Positions 43,711-58,275 of a stretch of 64,000 nt of DNA are shown here, in pieces. Under the pieces are notes generated by a model. The model did not search any database. It saw only the letters and a program-made list of their open reading frames with translations, and was not told where the DNA came from. The stretch spans positions 8,556,001 through 8,620,000 of the forward strand of contig OX597818.1 in NCBI GenBank assembly GCA_951406725.2, in the 5' to 3' direction. This DNA is from Octopus vulgaris (Eukaryota). The translations under genes and the position numbers were made by a program. How positions within the stretch are numbered: position 1 is the stretch's first letter; the number at the start of each line of letters is the position of its first letter.

Positions 43711-44984
43711 ACAATACCATCAGGGACAAATAGTGCATCAATGTCGCCACGTTATCTATCTGAAAGCATAATTGTGTGTTTCAAAGAACCAGATAAGATA
43801 TCAATATTGTAAAGAATAAAAGCAATTATGAAATAAAATCAGAAGTAGATAAAAAAGGTCGACCACGAAGAAATACTAGTCCTCAGAAATAATGTGGGGA
43901 AAATTACTTCAGTTGACATTGTTTTGATGATTGAAGGCAGGGTTTTGCTGCTAATTTTTATTTTAAAGTTATCGCATGTCATTTGTTTACTCTTCACATA
44001 TACATAATTATCAGCGAATCTGCGCAAATAACTGGGTACAATAACCACCATCAAATTGGAAATATTTTAAAATTTCTTGTACACTACGGAACATGAATTT
44101 TCCGGATTCTTGATTAAAAATATACCCCGAAACACCGTACCACCGTTTTCGATCAAGTCAAAACAATTGAAACAAAAGCTAAGCAATAATTCGCCAAAGC
44201 TATATACTTAGAGATTTTGAAAGCCTTTTCTCATTGCCTAATTAAACACTTCGGTGCATATCACTGATTCGACATAACATATACGTCCAAAATATAAACA
44301 CCAATCCAAATATTCTCTCCTGATATTAAAAAAAGCATATTAACAAATACGATTTAATGGCAACTATCAAACAGGAAACATAATAAATATTGAACAATCG
44401 AGCTGGATTATACAGAAGGCGTCACTACAACAGAACATGCAACACAAAATATATAGCATAAAACAAAGTAGAACACGTAGTATAAACAATATAAAATACT
44501 GCACAACTGAACAGAATAAACGAAGGTTCAAACAACTCCAAATCTGATACTACCAATCAGTAATAAAATAGGAGATTTATACAAAAAAAAAAATACACTG
44601 ACCACGAATATATAATATACGAAATTCATGAAATGTTTGGAGAGAAAGAAAGTAAATTAAAGACATGCTGGAAACAAGCAAAATATCATGCACTTTAAAA
44701 TGGATCATAATCAAACTAATAAGTGTGCAGTAGCAATACTTGCCGAAAAAATGAGTGATATCATCTAACATAGAACATATGTAGCAGACTCAGAAGTATA
44801 AAATATTATTAGAATGAACAAGATCGTAATTTGAAAAGGATTATTCAGCAGTAGATCAACTGAGGAAGGTGTATTTTGATAATCAGAATGTAAAGTAGGA
44901 TTTCAAATATTTTCCCCGCACAAAACAACGTTACCTAGAAGTTAAAGTTTTTCAGGAAAAAAAAACGATTGTAACATCTCAAAT

Positions 44985-45140
44985 TTTCGTTTGAAATTTG
45001 GGCAAAAACTCAACAATTTTGACCCAGTGCTCAACTAGTATTTCTTTTATTTTATCGACTATCCCGAAATGATAAATAGCAAAGTAGAACACGGTGGCAT
45101 TTGAACCCAGCACGTAGAGACGGACGAAATGTTACGAGGA
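44985..45140 (-). mobile_element. SINE fragment (12280 family)
   Basis: cccagtgctcaactagta..ttttatcgac..gcaaagtagaac..atttgaacccagcacgta is the reverse complement of the SINE body and B-box. Confidence 0.55.
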
Positions 45141-46254
45141 GTTAAATAGAGACGCAGTAGAAATGTAGAATCGAGCCAGATGAGAAAGTAGAAAATCCAT
45201 ACACAAAAAGAAAAAAAATCTGTCATGTAATGGAAAAACAAAGGGAAACCACGTGGAAAGTATGTTGGAAACGATGAAAAGAGGGAGTGATATTTTGGAT
45301 TAAATAGATCCATGATTTACACAGCAATAAAACCAACTTCTGTAGCAAAATAATATTCCAAGTACTAGACCAACTGACGGAAGGATAGAGAAGCCTACTT
45401 CTTAAGACAAAGACGAAGATGATGCACAGTTACAGATCAAAGTATGATTTGAAACATGACCCTAAAATGCCTCAAAGAAGTATCAAAACTCTAGGGAGAT
45501 ATAACTTTAAATGTTCAAATTTTACCTAAAAGACAAATGTAGTTTGAAAAAATTTGTATGGTTGTAACGTTGAAGCACTTACCGGTGACCAAGGCAATTT
45601 GTTAATCTTAATAAAAACCCATAACTTACAATTTGTTGAGACATGTTAGGAATGCGAATCAGTTTATTGTGTTCGAGTTGTCATTGAAGGTGAATTGATA
45701 AATATTAACCAGTGATTATTGAATTCTTGAAAAGTAGCATGTGAAAAGTTAGGGTATTAAATCAGAAGAAAGATAATTCAAAACATAGCGCTCAATGTTT
45801 ATAAAATTATGGATAATCCAAGAAAACTCGCTTTCATCATTTATGTATTCACTAACTCCGATCCAATTAAATGCACCATTTCATGCTTAAATTCAAAAGA
45901 GAATGACTGCAAATTTTCGGAGAATTCTTATCAACTGTGCTATGGCAATGGTATCATTTCAACTACCAAGTTCTAGTGATTTCTCAAAACATTACAGTTG
46001 TGCTATAAAACTAATACGAGGGTGAGAGCCTGATAATCATTACTGTGGACAAATGGTTATTAACTCCATATTTTAGACGCATATTCGGCAATTATAATAT
46101 GATATTGTAATGCTGTGTATGTGCAAAGCGTGATGGATAGTTGCTAGGTGCCCAATTCAGACCTCATCAGAATATACAAAGTGGTATCGAAAAGTTTCCA
46201 GTTGCGTGTTCCCTGACAACGAGCAGTGACCTTCGTGAGGCAGTGTGCCTAGTC

Positions 46255-47177
46255 ACATCGCATTTACTTGATGGAAGAATACCTTTCGTTTTGAAAACAA
46301 AGATGGTCTTTTTTCTTCAAGTGGTGACTTAAAGCGCTGAAGCTGCTCGCTGTAGATCTCCTTTGTTATAGTTTCGTTAGGGTTTCATAGTTCAAAGTAG
46401 ACTAAATCTTTCATATCCCACAAAACCTATAACACATTTCGTTTGTGAAGACCTTCTTTAGCCTGGGTTACCGGTTTTTCTCCTTTCCCTATGCACTGTC
46501 TTCGCAGCTTGACATTTCTATAGAGTTCCCATTTCTCGTCACCAGTCACTATTCAGTCAAAGTAAGGTTCATTCGTGAGACGTAACAGCAAAGATAGCAC
46601 ACATTCACTAACTGCCCGCGATTAGACTCGGAAAGTGTGTGAGGAACCATTGACCCAATTCGCTGGCTTTTCCGATGGCAGGCAGGTATCGATGAATGTT
46701 TGAATGACCACATCCAAGCTTCTCTGCTAGTCCCTCAACAGTTATAATAGGATTTTTTTCCAATAGGGTTTGCAGCACATCCTCATCGAGTTCTACAGAT
46801 CTACCAGGATGAGGCCCGCCTTCTAGGCTGTACTTTCTGGCTCGGAATTTCTGGAAACACCGTTTATATTGGCTTATGCTTATTGTCCGATCCCCATATA
46901 CGGCATTAATATTCCTCGCACTTTCCGTTGCGTTATTGCCTTTATTGAACTCATAAAGCAAAATATGCTGAATATGCTCATTTTTCACTTCTTTTGAATA
47001 GCTTTGAAAAAATAACTTTGACAAAATAACTGTTAAAATCGAACTGCACTCTTCAAAATTTGCTCTGAGAATTACTACCTGCTTTTATAACAATTTGATG
47101 CAGCTAGTTTATCTCTTCTTGTTCCGACCTTTAGTTCATGCAATTGAAAAAATCGCATTATTTATGGTATGGCCCAA
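46255..47177 (-). mobile_element. 3'-truncated mariner transposon (mellifera-like)
   Basis: TA|TTGGGCCATACCATAAATAATGCG 5' terminus. HTH region EHIQHILLYEFNKGNNATESARNINAVYGD...GRSVELDED, then LWDMK..YFE..PNETIT..FFHQ. No 3' TIR found. Confidence 0.85.
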
Positions 47178-47637
47178 TAGAGAGAGATGATAGCCACAAT
47201 TAGGGAATGAGCACAAACAATTAGAATCATATCCAAGCGACTGTGAAAATAGTCTTCTGGCAGATACATTAATACACAAGGCCAAAGTAATTTAAATAGT
47301 GTTTTTTTTTTTCGATCGACAAGCAGCAACACGCAATCTACCTCGTATCACAGGTTAGTGTATTACATGTAGCAGAAAAGAAACTCTGGCTAATGGGACT
47401 CTGTTTCCCATACACATAAGTCAAAAGGACATTGCTATAATTTGATTACTCTTATCAACGGCCTGACACGTCGAAATTGATATTAAGCTAAAAGTAAAAC
47501 AAAATGCAACAAATATTCAGACGAATAACCGTAAAATCCTGATACAATATACTGAAAAGCACTGCCATAATGAGAATGTGCTGATGATTCTGTCAGGTCG
47601 CCGCTTTCAGAACAACTACAACTATAAAAATAATAAT

Positions 47638-48195
47638 CGTCCATTGTATTATATATGTACAAGGTCTAGAAATATCAGGAAAGGGATTAAGTCAATTACA
47701 TTGGCATCAGTCCTCAATTCATCGACCTCGAAATGATGAAAGGGAAAGTTGACCTCGGTAGAATTTGATCTCAGAACATAAAGAGAGACGAAATAACGCT
47801 AAGCATTTTGCCTGTCGTCTTAAAGTCTCTGCCATCTCACCGCCTTAACAATAATAATAATCTTTTCTACTATAGGTATCAGGCCTGAAATTTGGAAGAG
47901 GGAGATAGTCGATTACATCAACCACAGTGTGTAACTGGTGCTTAGTTCATCGCCGTCGAAAGGATGAAAGGCAAATTAGACCTCGGCAAAATTTGAGCTC
48001 ACAATGTAAGGACAGACTAAATGCGGCCAGAAATTTTGGAGCAGGGGTCTAATGGAATACATCGTTGCCAGTGCTTGAGTATTATTTCATAGAGTAATTT
48101 TGAGAACCTGACCTTAGTCGATGCTATCGAATCTAGTACTTCATAGTTACTTTATTTTATCGACCCTGAAAAGATGAATGGGAGTGTTGACTCAA
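47638..48195 (-). mobile_element. Cluster of three tandem SINE copies (12280 family)
   Basis: The body (tcgac..gaaaggatgaaagg..aa..gacctcggc..aatttga.ctcagaa) recurs at about 47640-47846, 47861-48025 and 48028-48195. Confidence 0.7.
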
Positions 48196-51171
48196 ATCGT
48201 CTGATATGAAGTTGTATACTTGCTTAATTCTTCCGGTATGAAGGGAATTCAATTGATTCTTGTATATTTATATAGCAAAGTGACAGGCTAAATTTGACCT
48301 TAGAAATTCATATAAGCAAATTACATTAGAATAGATGAGATAAAAGCTAAATCACATAATTGTTGCCTAAATAATTCCATAATTCCTTCAATCAATTACT
48401 TATACAAGGAACGATGGACGATTTATTCGATCTATTAACTTCAATGTTTCGACAAGATTTTTCAGGAAAGGTCGATTGGGTAATGCTGGAGATGTTGCAG
48501 TTGCAATTCAGTATTAATGTATATTGCAAATAGAAATGATGTAATAACTGGATGCTTGTAAAGATTCTGTGCTGTATACATGTTCGGTTACATATAAATA
48601 AACTAGTAAATCTATCATCGACAACTAATGAAATGTACTTGGCCAGAAATGGTAGAAGTTTTCTCTGCTGCAAATATTTATTTCGTGTTGCGGAATGTTT
48701 GTCCAATATATGACCTTATCGGATAATCAGTCTGATCACATTTATCTAAGAATATACTGCTGTTGTAAATTCTACAATCGTTGCTTAGGAAGCTCCTATT
48801 GATATTGATGATAATAATGACGATGATGTTAGGGATGATAGCAGCTATGACAATGATTACAAAGATGAAAATGAGAACGATGAGGAGGTAAAGCGGCCGA
48901 TGCTGTGGGAGGAGTGGGAAGGGAGAAGATGAGGAAAGTAGGATGTTGATGATGATGATGATGAGCAAAAGGATGTAGACGTGATGCTAGTGTTGGTGAA
49001 GAAAATGATACCCATGAAAATGTAGAAAGAAACAGGTGGATTGAAGGGAAAAGAATGTAGATATCATGTTAGTGCAACGTAGATGACGATGAAGAAGACG
49101 ATGATAAAGGGGAGGACGAGTGTAGTGTGATAATGAAGTGGAGAAAGGAAGATAAACATTATTTTTCTCGTTTCGGCTTGATTCTAAAATTAACTTCTAA
49201 ATAAGTATGAATTTGTTGTCCATGATCATCTTATTCCATTCAACTACAATTTGAATGTTCCACATTTATTATTATCACTAACCATCACATTTAACATTTA
49301 AGTCTTATTCACTTAGCATAAAAATATTCAGAATTATAGTTATTGAAATCTATCCAACCACAAGTGGATTTACACCTAATTTCATCTAATTTCTGCCACA
49401 TTATTTCCGTATCCAGCCATGCGTAGAAACGAATCTACTCTATCTTCACGCTAAGGTTCTGTCATTATCCTCATTTTCAACCAATGGAAATGTGCCCCTT
49501 TCACTCGGGATATAATATACAACGTTTGTCCAGGCAGCAATATTATTGGAAAATTATTCAATAATCTATGACCTTGTATTCAACTAATTATTTCTGGAAG
49601 AGCTTTTATTACTAGTGCCTATCCTAGCGAATGGACAAATACAACTAGGGCGTAGACATTAATTATAGCAGATTATTATTAATTAAATTAAAATTTAAAT
49701 CATTTGTAAATCAAAAGCTTATCCATTATACGTAACTATTCACAAACTCATTCTCTAAAGGATTTTTTTAAAATATTTCCTTTCCTTCAGGATGTTGCGT
49801 AGTGACTGGTGTACATAATGCGATTAGATATTTGAATATTTCAATACAAGCTTATACAGTATCTGTACATCATCATCATCATCATCATCATTACTGTCGT
49901 CGTCGTCGTCGTCATCATCCACGTCATCAATAGATAACATATATTTTTCTACAACTTTCTGCCTTAGGGCTATGGCGAGATGGTGACGCATCAGATAATT
50001 GGAAACATAGATATTCCGATATTCCCATGTTGTCATAGCAAGTGTCTGTACATTACCAAATCAATACGATTATCATTGACTGTGTAGTTATCAACAAGCA
50101 TCTACATAATCGCGCAACCCCACATGGACACCTATGGTTGCTCGAGCTTCTTATAGCTGGTAAATACATCACAAATCAAAATTTAGCTTTGTAAACCAAA
50201 GAGGACAAATGAAGAATAAAGGCAATGATTAGATCGATACCAGTCGTTATACATGAGGTTGATCAGAGCTGATTTAAGGTTAAACAATAACAATATCATC
50301 AATATATTCTCTACTTTCTATTTAATATCCGCGTGAAAATAGAGTAGATTCGTTGCCACACATGACTGAAAAGAGAAATAACGTGTTAAATTCAATGCAA
50401 TTAGGTATAAATTCACCAGTAGTTAGAAGCTTTCAATAGAAGCTATAGAAGCTATAGTTGTGAATATTTTTCGAGGGATTGGTCATGCAAGATATAACCA
50501 TTGAAATTTTAACTTGTTATCTATAAATACTACCAGCCTGAGAAGTGACTTCAAAACCTCTCGCTTCTCCATTTCCGACAAGGGCTAAAACAGAGAAAGA
50601 TAAGTACAATCAAGAGAGAATGGTGTGTTTTGTAGCTTGTGATTTATATTTATTTGTTCAATATTTCATCAAAGTTAAAATCGTTCAAACAGCAATCAAT
50701 GGCTATCTCTTTTTTGCTCTAACTTCTGCATATTTTCCTCATAAGATGTCTCTCTTAATTCCATGCAATATCCATCTTGCTTCATGTATGTATTATGGCC
50801 GGCGGTTGTAACGAAATATAGCATCTGACTTCCTTAGCCAACATGGCTGTAGGTAATTATATTCTTAGAAACGATTCAACCGGTTTCCCTGTCGTTGGAG
50901 CTAAGAGAAAAAATATCCATTAAACCCCTCCCGAATTTTAATAAGTGCTCTTTCAGTAATGGTTCTAGGTAATTCCACCGCGGAAATTTCCACCAGGTAA
51001 ATTTCACCATGGGTAAATTCCACCACGGTATATTGCACCATGGTAAATTCCACCCATGGACACACTTCCAATATAAGCTGCTCCCGCTAATAATCACCGT
51101 GGTCAGTTTCTCTAGACCGTAGGTCAATACCTATGTTATTTAATCTATCTGTCTCTGAAGTCCAGAGAGAG

Positions 51172-51173
<2 letters not shown>

Positions 51174-51232
<59 letters not shown>

Positions 51233-51242
51233 ATGTGTGTGT
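51174..51242. repeat. (GT)n-(GC)n-(GT)n alternating purine-pyrimidine tract
   Basis: Direct inspection. Confidence 0.9.
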
Positions 51243-51644
51243 ATGTCTGAAGGTGATATAGAAAATAATCTTTACAATGTACTTGAATTCAGATGGGATC
51301 CCTTTAATGTTCTCCCATCGAACAAGAATCTATGAAAAAGATTCATCAAAAAATTTCAAAAGTAATGTACTTTGGGATAAAGAAAGAAAAGATAAAATTT
51401 TGGCACACACCGTATTCATTGTGTATTTCTTCGTGTAATTGTTCCTTAATTATTTTTTCTCTCTCGTATTAATTTTGCATTCATTCACATTATTGGTATT
51501 CCTTTTTTTATTTAAATAATATCATAACAAAAACAATACAACAATAACAACAATAACAACAACAACAATAATGATAATAATAATGAGGAGGAGGAGGATA
51601 ATGATGATGATGATAATAATAATGATAATAAGAAGAGGAAGAAG

Positions 51645-52588
51645 ACAAAAGCACATGAAAATTTAGCTAGCAGATGGGAACAGAAACCTCTCCATGGCAA
51701 GTATGTGGGCCGTAGCAAACAAGCTGATGTCAACCAGGTTACGAAACTCAGGGCTAAAAGCAGAGAGTGAAGGTTTCATATTAGCTGCTCAAGACCAAAG
51801 CTTATTAACCCGGAACTACCAAGCCAATGTGATAAAAAATGGAGCTGACCCAAAATGCCGATTCTGTAACGATGAGATTGAAACAATAGACCACCTAATC
51901 TCAGGGTGTAGAATCTTAGCACCTGCAGAATATAAAGCAAGACATGACAGAGTCGGCCAGTATTTATGGTGGACAATATGTCGGCATTATAAAATGAAAA
52001 ACCGCTGACAAATGCTATAAACACCATCCTGAAGCTGTGAGTGAGGGAGAAAATGTGTCGATTCTATGGGACTTCTTTGTACAGACCGACAAGACTATAA
52101 AAGTTAATAAACCGGATATTATTATAAAATATTAGAGAAAAAAGATGTGTTTATTAATTGACATGAATATTCCTTGCGATCACAATATAGCGGCGAAAGA
52201 ATTTGACAAGATTAGTAAATATGAAGACTTGCTAATAGAAATTGAAAAAATGTGGCATCTCAAGGCGACTACAGTACCAGTGATTGTAGGGTTTCTAGGA
52301 ATGATAAAAAAGGTACTGAAACCTATTTGAAAATGATTCCAGGCTTACCATCCCTACAGGAAGTGCAAAAAATCGTATTAACTGGAACGGCTTATGTACT
52401 GAGAAGAGCATTATCGCTGTGAAAACAATATCCATCCATGAATTTATTTATTTATTAATTTTTAAATACATATTTTATCTGTGAATTTGCGTGTGTAATC
52501 TGGGAATGCATACAATGATCTTCTCTGCTCTAGGTGTATGGAAAACACTCGGCGAGAAACGGAAGAAAATTTGAAGACAGAAAGAAAA
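51645..52588 (+). mobile_element. R4/Dong-clade LINE 3' fragment (CCHC + RLE), third distinct family
   Basis: RWEQKPLHGKY, GLKAESEG, CRFC..ETIDHLISGC, RHDRVG, ILWDF, NKPD, LIDMNIP, KISKY, TGTAYVLRR* (stop at 52422). Followed by (AAT)n 52589-52692. Confidence 0.9.
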
Positions 52589-52599
52589 ATAATAATAAC

Positions 52600-52691
<92 letters not shown>

Positions 52692-52693
<2 letters not shown>

Positions 52694-53027
52694 GCATAAA
52701 AGATGGGCTACAGCAAATATTCTGCTCAATACCACAGGTTTTCTTGTCAGTTGTTTGACCAGTTGTTTGTTCAACATCCTTAACCAACCATTATTCAGGG
52801 ACCTTTTGAGCAGGATGGGTTACTCGACCAGAAGAAAATTCTAACTGGGGCCCACCTGCAAGGGCATGTGCTGTTTATCTTGATATGAGATCACCAAGTA
52901 GCGCACATATGGTTGTGATGCATGAGCCTAGTGTACCCTTATCAGACAGGTAGTCATGATGAGTATACTGGGCTTCGTATATTTTACCCCATTGTCACTT
53001 TGATGGCATAACCTGCTCTCTCACTCA
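52692..53027 (+). mobile_element. Probable 3' end/UTR of another TAA-associated retroelement
   Basis: Non-repetitive 335-bp block with (TAA)n on both sides, ending ctctctcactc-(AAT)n. No protein motif seen. Confidence 0.4.
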
Positions 53028-53039
53028 ATAATGATGATG

Positions 53040-53092
<53 letters not shown>

Positions 53093-56000
53093 TTCACTTA
53101 TGTTGGAATTTACCATGGTGTAATATATCTTGGTGGAATTTACCTATGGTGAAATTCACCTGGTGGAATTTTCCGTGGTGGAATTTTCTGCGATGGAATT
53201 TACCGGTTACCTCTCTGAATACACGACACCTGGTAGTCCAGCCTTAAAAGGTTCTCTGAAAATCTACTGGTTGGATTTGATGTGACAAGAGCAACGAATC
53301 AGGTTATATCATATCAATTCTAACTTCATCTAATTGGTGTTCTAAGCAATTGATTAATAAAAATGAAAGGGTTCCTAAGTTTACCTTAGTGTTGATTACT
53401 CTAGTACATAAATGTGTATACAAAACAATTGATTACCCTCCAAATGCTAGGCAATTAGGTATAAAATGAAACCACACTTGTTTGGGTAAGAAATATGCCG
53501 ACAATAGTTCTTGTGGTCTTCGACATATATCTGCGTATGCCGATGAAACTATTCTCACCTGGAAGAATAATGTTTGTACTTGCAAATAAAACGTTAGTAT
53601 AGGAGAAAGATATCTACAATCGAGACGAGAAAATTTTACTGTATTGTGTAGTAAATTCTTTCAAATTTTATGACCCTTCTGTAAAGGTCGCCAGACGTTG
53701 ATGCTAGGTTTCAGTTTGTTCAGTGCTACAACGTAATGTTTTATATGGCGTTCCAAGATATCCACGCCTAACGCGATTCCAAGTAGATCTGTGCTTTACA
53801 GCAGCACTTTGCTCAACTGTTGGGAGTGTGATTTAGTGCAAGCTAGCAGTATAGATTACAGTGCTTCTCTTGAACTTTGCCGCGATGATCTGCAGTTTCG
53901 TCGGCACTAAAAGAAGGGAAGCTGCATCTGGTTGCACGAGAAGCAAATTGCCTCGTTTGAATGGTCTTTTCGTCAAGCGTTACTATAATATGCCAGAGTT
54001 GTTCATTGATCTCTTATCAGTTGATTCCGCTTCTGTTATTAGAATGTGAGGCGTTTCAATATTGTGAAATGAAAGGAAGTGACAATGCTCAGAACGATAC
54101 CGAAGAAAAGAGAACACATAGATACTTTACAGTCTATATTTCTGCAAAATGCAAAATGCAAGTTTTTCTAACATGCCTAAGGGAAGCTAAAGAGGCTTGT
54201 TCTTCATGGCCTAATTGGTGTATGGTAAAAATGCGTCATCTCAATGATGTCAATCCACAACAACCTTCATCCCATGCGATATATAACAGATAGTATAGAT
54301 AATGCATTATGAGAGGGACCCTGCTCGACTTACATCTATCAAAATATTTTCATAGGTGAGAGTTTTTCAACGGTGCTTGCCGAATCCCCGCAATTCGGCC
54401 GATTTCAGCTCCTTTTTCACAGTTAGATGGCTATTTACAAAAGTCTGTATAGTTTAATATTTGACGTAGAAAAACGAAGGGTTTTCCATTGTTGTTGGAA
54501 ACATCGGCTGCAACCAGGATTTTTTTAAAAATTTGCTTATGCTAACACTCTAAACGCTTGTATCAGTAATGCAAAAATAACAGCTACAAACATAAAAGAG
54601 AAAAGAAAGAAAAAACAAGAAATAACATCAGCGCAAGTGAAATTAGGATCAGTAAAAACACAAACAAAGAAACAACGATATGCAGAGCAGAGAACAGAGC
54701 AGTGAAAAAATCCTCATTAACACAAACCTATTATCACTGATAACGTCAATATAGAGCGTCTGCTAAACAAGTTCCTGACAATTTCACTGACGCCTGTGGA
54801 ATACAAGAGCCTCGCTAACGCAACAAAAGTTTCTTATATTTGCAAGAAAAATACCTGATGCTGTAGATTCGTGGGAAATACCTGAACAGGATAACTGTAT
54901 AGAATTAAAGTTCGGGCGCGTAAATAAAGCTACGCAAGCACAGGACGAATGTTGTTTGGAAGAAATATGGCGCATCAAATTATACGACTCACAAAGGTTC
55001 AGCAGATTTTGTGTAACAACTAACCCTGCTATGATGACACCAAAATATAAGGGTTCTCTATCCATATCAAACAAAATTAACTGAATCTCTCCAAAGACAA
55101 AGTGAGTAAGCACTATAGCCTTGTTTCCTCCAACAACATTACCTAACTCTCAGTTAGAAGTCTAGCTAAATACAGATTCGTCGTCATTTTGGAAACGAGA
55201 ATCTTTGAAATGCTCTCAGATCAATACGTATAGAATGGTACCACTCATAGTGTGCACTGGCGCCCATCGTTCATAGCTCCAAGGGGTACGCATTCTCTAC
55301 CAAACCTGTATCTATCTATCTATGTATCTATCTACGTATCTATCTATCTATGTTTCTTTCTTTCCTTCTTTCTATCGATCAACCTATCTGTCTATCAACA
55401 GATATATAATTGTTGTACATGTGCGTGTATAAATCATTACAGATATTTCCTTACAATATCAAAATAATATTATAACTTTATTTTCTTTCATTACAGGAAA
55501 AATCAAGAAGAATATATTTAAACATTGTATGATTTGAATTAAACAGGATATAATGACAAGTTATGAGAAAGCAAAAATCGGTCTCTATTTCGGTATTTCC
55601 AAAGAGACTTTCGACAATCATGCAATTGTAGTTTCGAGCCTGGTCGCTGTAGTGCAAAGCAATTTATTCGTTATCGTGTTAGACAGCATGGAAGTTAAAG
55701 ATTACATTAATCCACAGCTATTTGTTGCACTAAACTCTTTATATCAGGAGCACAATGACCAGAATAAAGATTCTGAATATTATTTCTGAAAGGAAATAAA
55801 TCTCTCATTATTCTTTGCTGAATTTTAAGTTGTTTTCCAACTCCCAAGAACCAATTACGTCTTTCCGTACTGACAAGAAATTTCCGTGTCTACGATTCTT
55901 AGTAAAAATTTACGATTCTTAGATCTAAAAGTAAATTTCAAATCTTCTTTTATGTACCTGTCTAAAAATATACGAACCCACAGTTAAATACAAACACACA

Positions 56001-56218
56001 CACATAAATATATATATATATTCGCTTGATTTAATTTCGATCAGTTTTAGTCTGCTGTAATAAGATGTGTGTGTGTGGAATATGGAATATGTAAGTTTGA
56101 TATTTTACTTAAATTATATTTCCAAAACTTTAGTGACATAAAATATTTCAAAGAATGGCTTTTATATACATATACATACATACACACACTCACACACAGA
56201 CACGCGCGCACACACACA

Positions 56219-56249
<31 letters not shown>

Positions 56250-56252
56250 TCA

Positions 56253-56289
<37 letters not shown>

Positions 56290-56299
56290 CACACACATA

Positions 56300-57325
56300 T
56301 ATATGAAGAATGGAGTTTGATTCCACTACCCTCCTTTGCACCTCATGCCGCGAGGTAGGTTCAGCTGGGACTCTCGACAAGAAGAGGTCCAGTTTTGATG
56401 TGAAAACTCCTACATCCACTTTGTGTAGGCCCATCAGGCTCTTTGGAAGAATATAAATCTGTGGGCCCCTGAAACCTAGGCTGTTGCGGTAACTAGTTTT
56501 GAAGCAGCACTATGGCTTTGCTGGGATCTTTGGTACTGTGCAGTGTCGACCCGTTGTGGCTTTGGTATAGCTTTCAATGACAAAATTTGGCACTATTCCT
56601 TCCAGGTTCTTCCAGGTGTATATTACTGCATACCCCTCCCGCCTTCGCTCCAGGAAGTAGAGTCTTAGCTGTTTCAGCCTTTCCCTGTAGCTGAGCTGTT
56701 GCAATGCGACGAACTTCGTTCTAAAGCTATGCTGGATTTCTTTTAAGGTCCGCTGTTAATTTTACACTGTTGGGTGACCATAGCTGTGAGCAGTAATCCA
56801 GGCGGCTGAAAGACGAATATCTTCCAGGGGACCATCACCGTTTCCTTTTCTCTGGTTCTGAACGATCTAAAGATCCATCCAGGCAGCCGTCTGGTCTTTG
56901 TCGCCTTCCTGGTAACGTGCGCTTTGAAAAAGGTATCATCATTCATGTCGATACCTAGGTCCCCCACTGATTTAGGCTTTGGGATTGTAATCCCCTGTGA
57001 ACCACTACCTTGTAAGGTTCATATTCAGCTTTGGACACTGGTAGCGCAGGGCCTGGAAATTTTCAGCATTAACCTGCATATTATTATCCTCAACCTATCT
57101 GTAAAGTGAGTCCAACACCTGCTGAACTAGAGGTGTGCAACATTGCTGGGGTTTTGTATTGTCTTTCGTATTGTCTGTGTAGCTGGCAAGGGTGGCTATC
57201 TGGGAATGTGTGTGTATATCTGAGAGGGCGACTATCAAAAGCAGTGGTCCCAATGCAGTGCCCTGTGAACACCGCTCAGTATTATCGTTTTCATTGAGGT
57301 GTCTCTATTGGCCACTATTGCCTGG
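56300..57325 (-). mobile_element. CR1-group LINE 3' fragment (RT C-terminal half)
   Basis: Degenerate GVPQG..LGP, DLGI..., GWIFRSFRTRE, LDYCSQLWSP, LSYRERLKQLRLYFLERRR, FTSKLDLFLSRVP. Flanked by (CA)n/(TA)n on both sides. Confidence 0.85.
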
Positions 57326-57364
57326 CACACACACACGCACACACGCACACACACACACACAGAG

Positions 57365-57402
<38 letters not shown>

Positions 57403-58275
57403 TAATTGTTCATAAGCATAGGAGAATCACAGAGGATATTAATTAATAACGAAATTCATATGCATCCTTGAAACGCATATGCCATAAAGGTTACGCCACT
57501 GAGAGATGGAAGAACATAGAGGTTACGTGATCTACAATCAAGTGCTGAGGTCATTGAACATATATGAACGCCAGCCCTCGACAAGCACGGAGTTATATGG
57601 GTCAAAAACCTTATAGACTTCAATCTTAGAATATACAAACCAGCAGACTTGTCTCAAAGTAGTTGCCCATGAATAATAACCAACCACTTTGTAGTTTAAG
57701 TGAAAAAACATGTCACATAATGTTATAGATGTTTAAGTTGACTTATTACCTTTCTGCCTTCCAGAATTGCGAATACGTGTTTTTATTACTTTGCGACAGT
57801 TGTAGCTTCAACACACGGTCTCGGAACTAACCTCATTCGAGTCGGGCACAACACCGATATTGCATCTAAAAAACAGCATAACAGTGACAGCAGGGTTAAC
57901 TTATCACTCTATATTCAAAGTCTGCTAGTCTGGAGCTCCATGAAGCTGAATAGCATGGAAATGCATCAATTGTTAAGCATCTCCTTCCATCATCACGTTG
58001 ATAAGCGGATATGTGTTGTTAGACTTGTCGAAACGTTGACTGGAAAAATACTAGCGTCTCTGATGAAAAATCATTCACCATTTTCCGACATCCAAGGTTT
58101 ATGTGTGCAGACAGCTTTCACCCTTTTTCAAGCTCCTAACTTGAAGCATGGAGGTGACTTGCTTTGCAATATCCCGGAATTTAGTTGGCTCTTTAGCAGT
58201 TCTACATAGCAGTGTTATCACCATGAAATATCTGAATATAATGGTTTATAATTATCCATTCTGTTAATATGAATA

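Larger units (their letters stand above)
50961..53211. mobile_element. Foldback/MITE-like element whose TIRs are built from 15-bp subrepeats (GGTAAATTCCACCAN), carrying nested insertions
   Basis: 50961-51053 is the reverse complement of 53104-53211, with one extra unit on the right. No clear TSD. Confidence 0.75.

Noticed and set aside
44050-44900. Possible RT relic on the plus strand (YLEILKAF)
   Set aside because: Too degenerate to assign without an alignment
55480-55789. Strong acceptor (ttttctttcattacag) and a 78-aa ORF as a host exon
   Set aside because: No recognisable domain or partner exons; NLFVIVLD may be an RT relic
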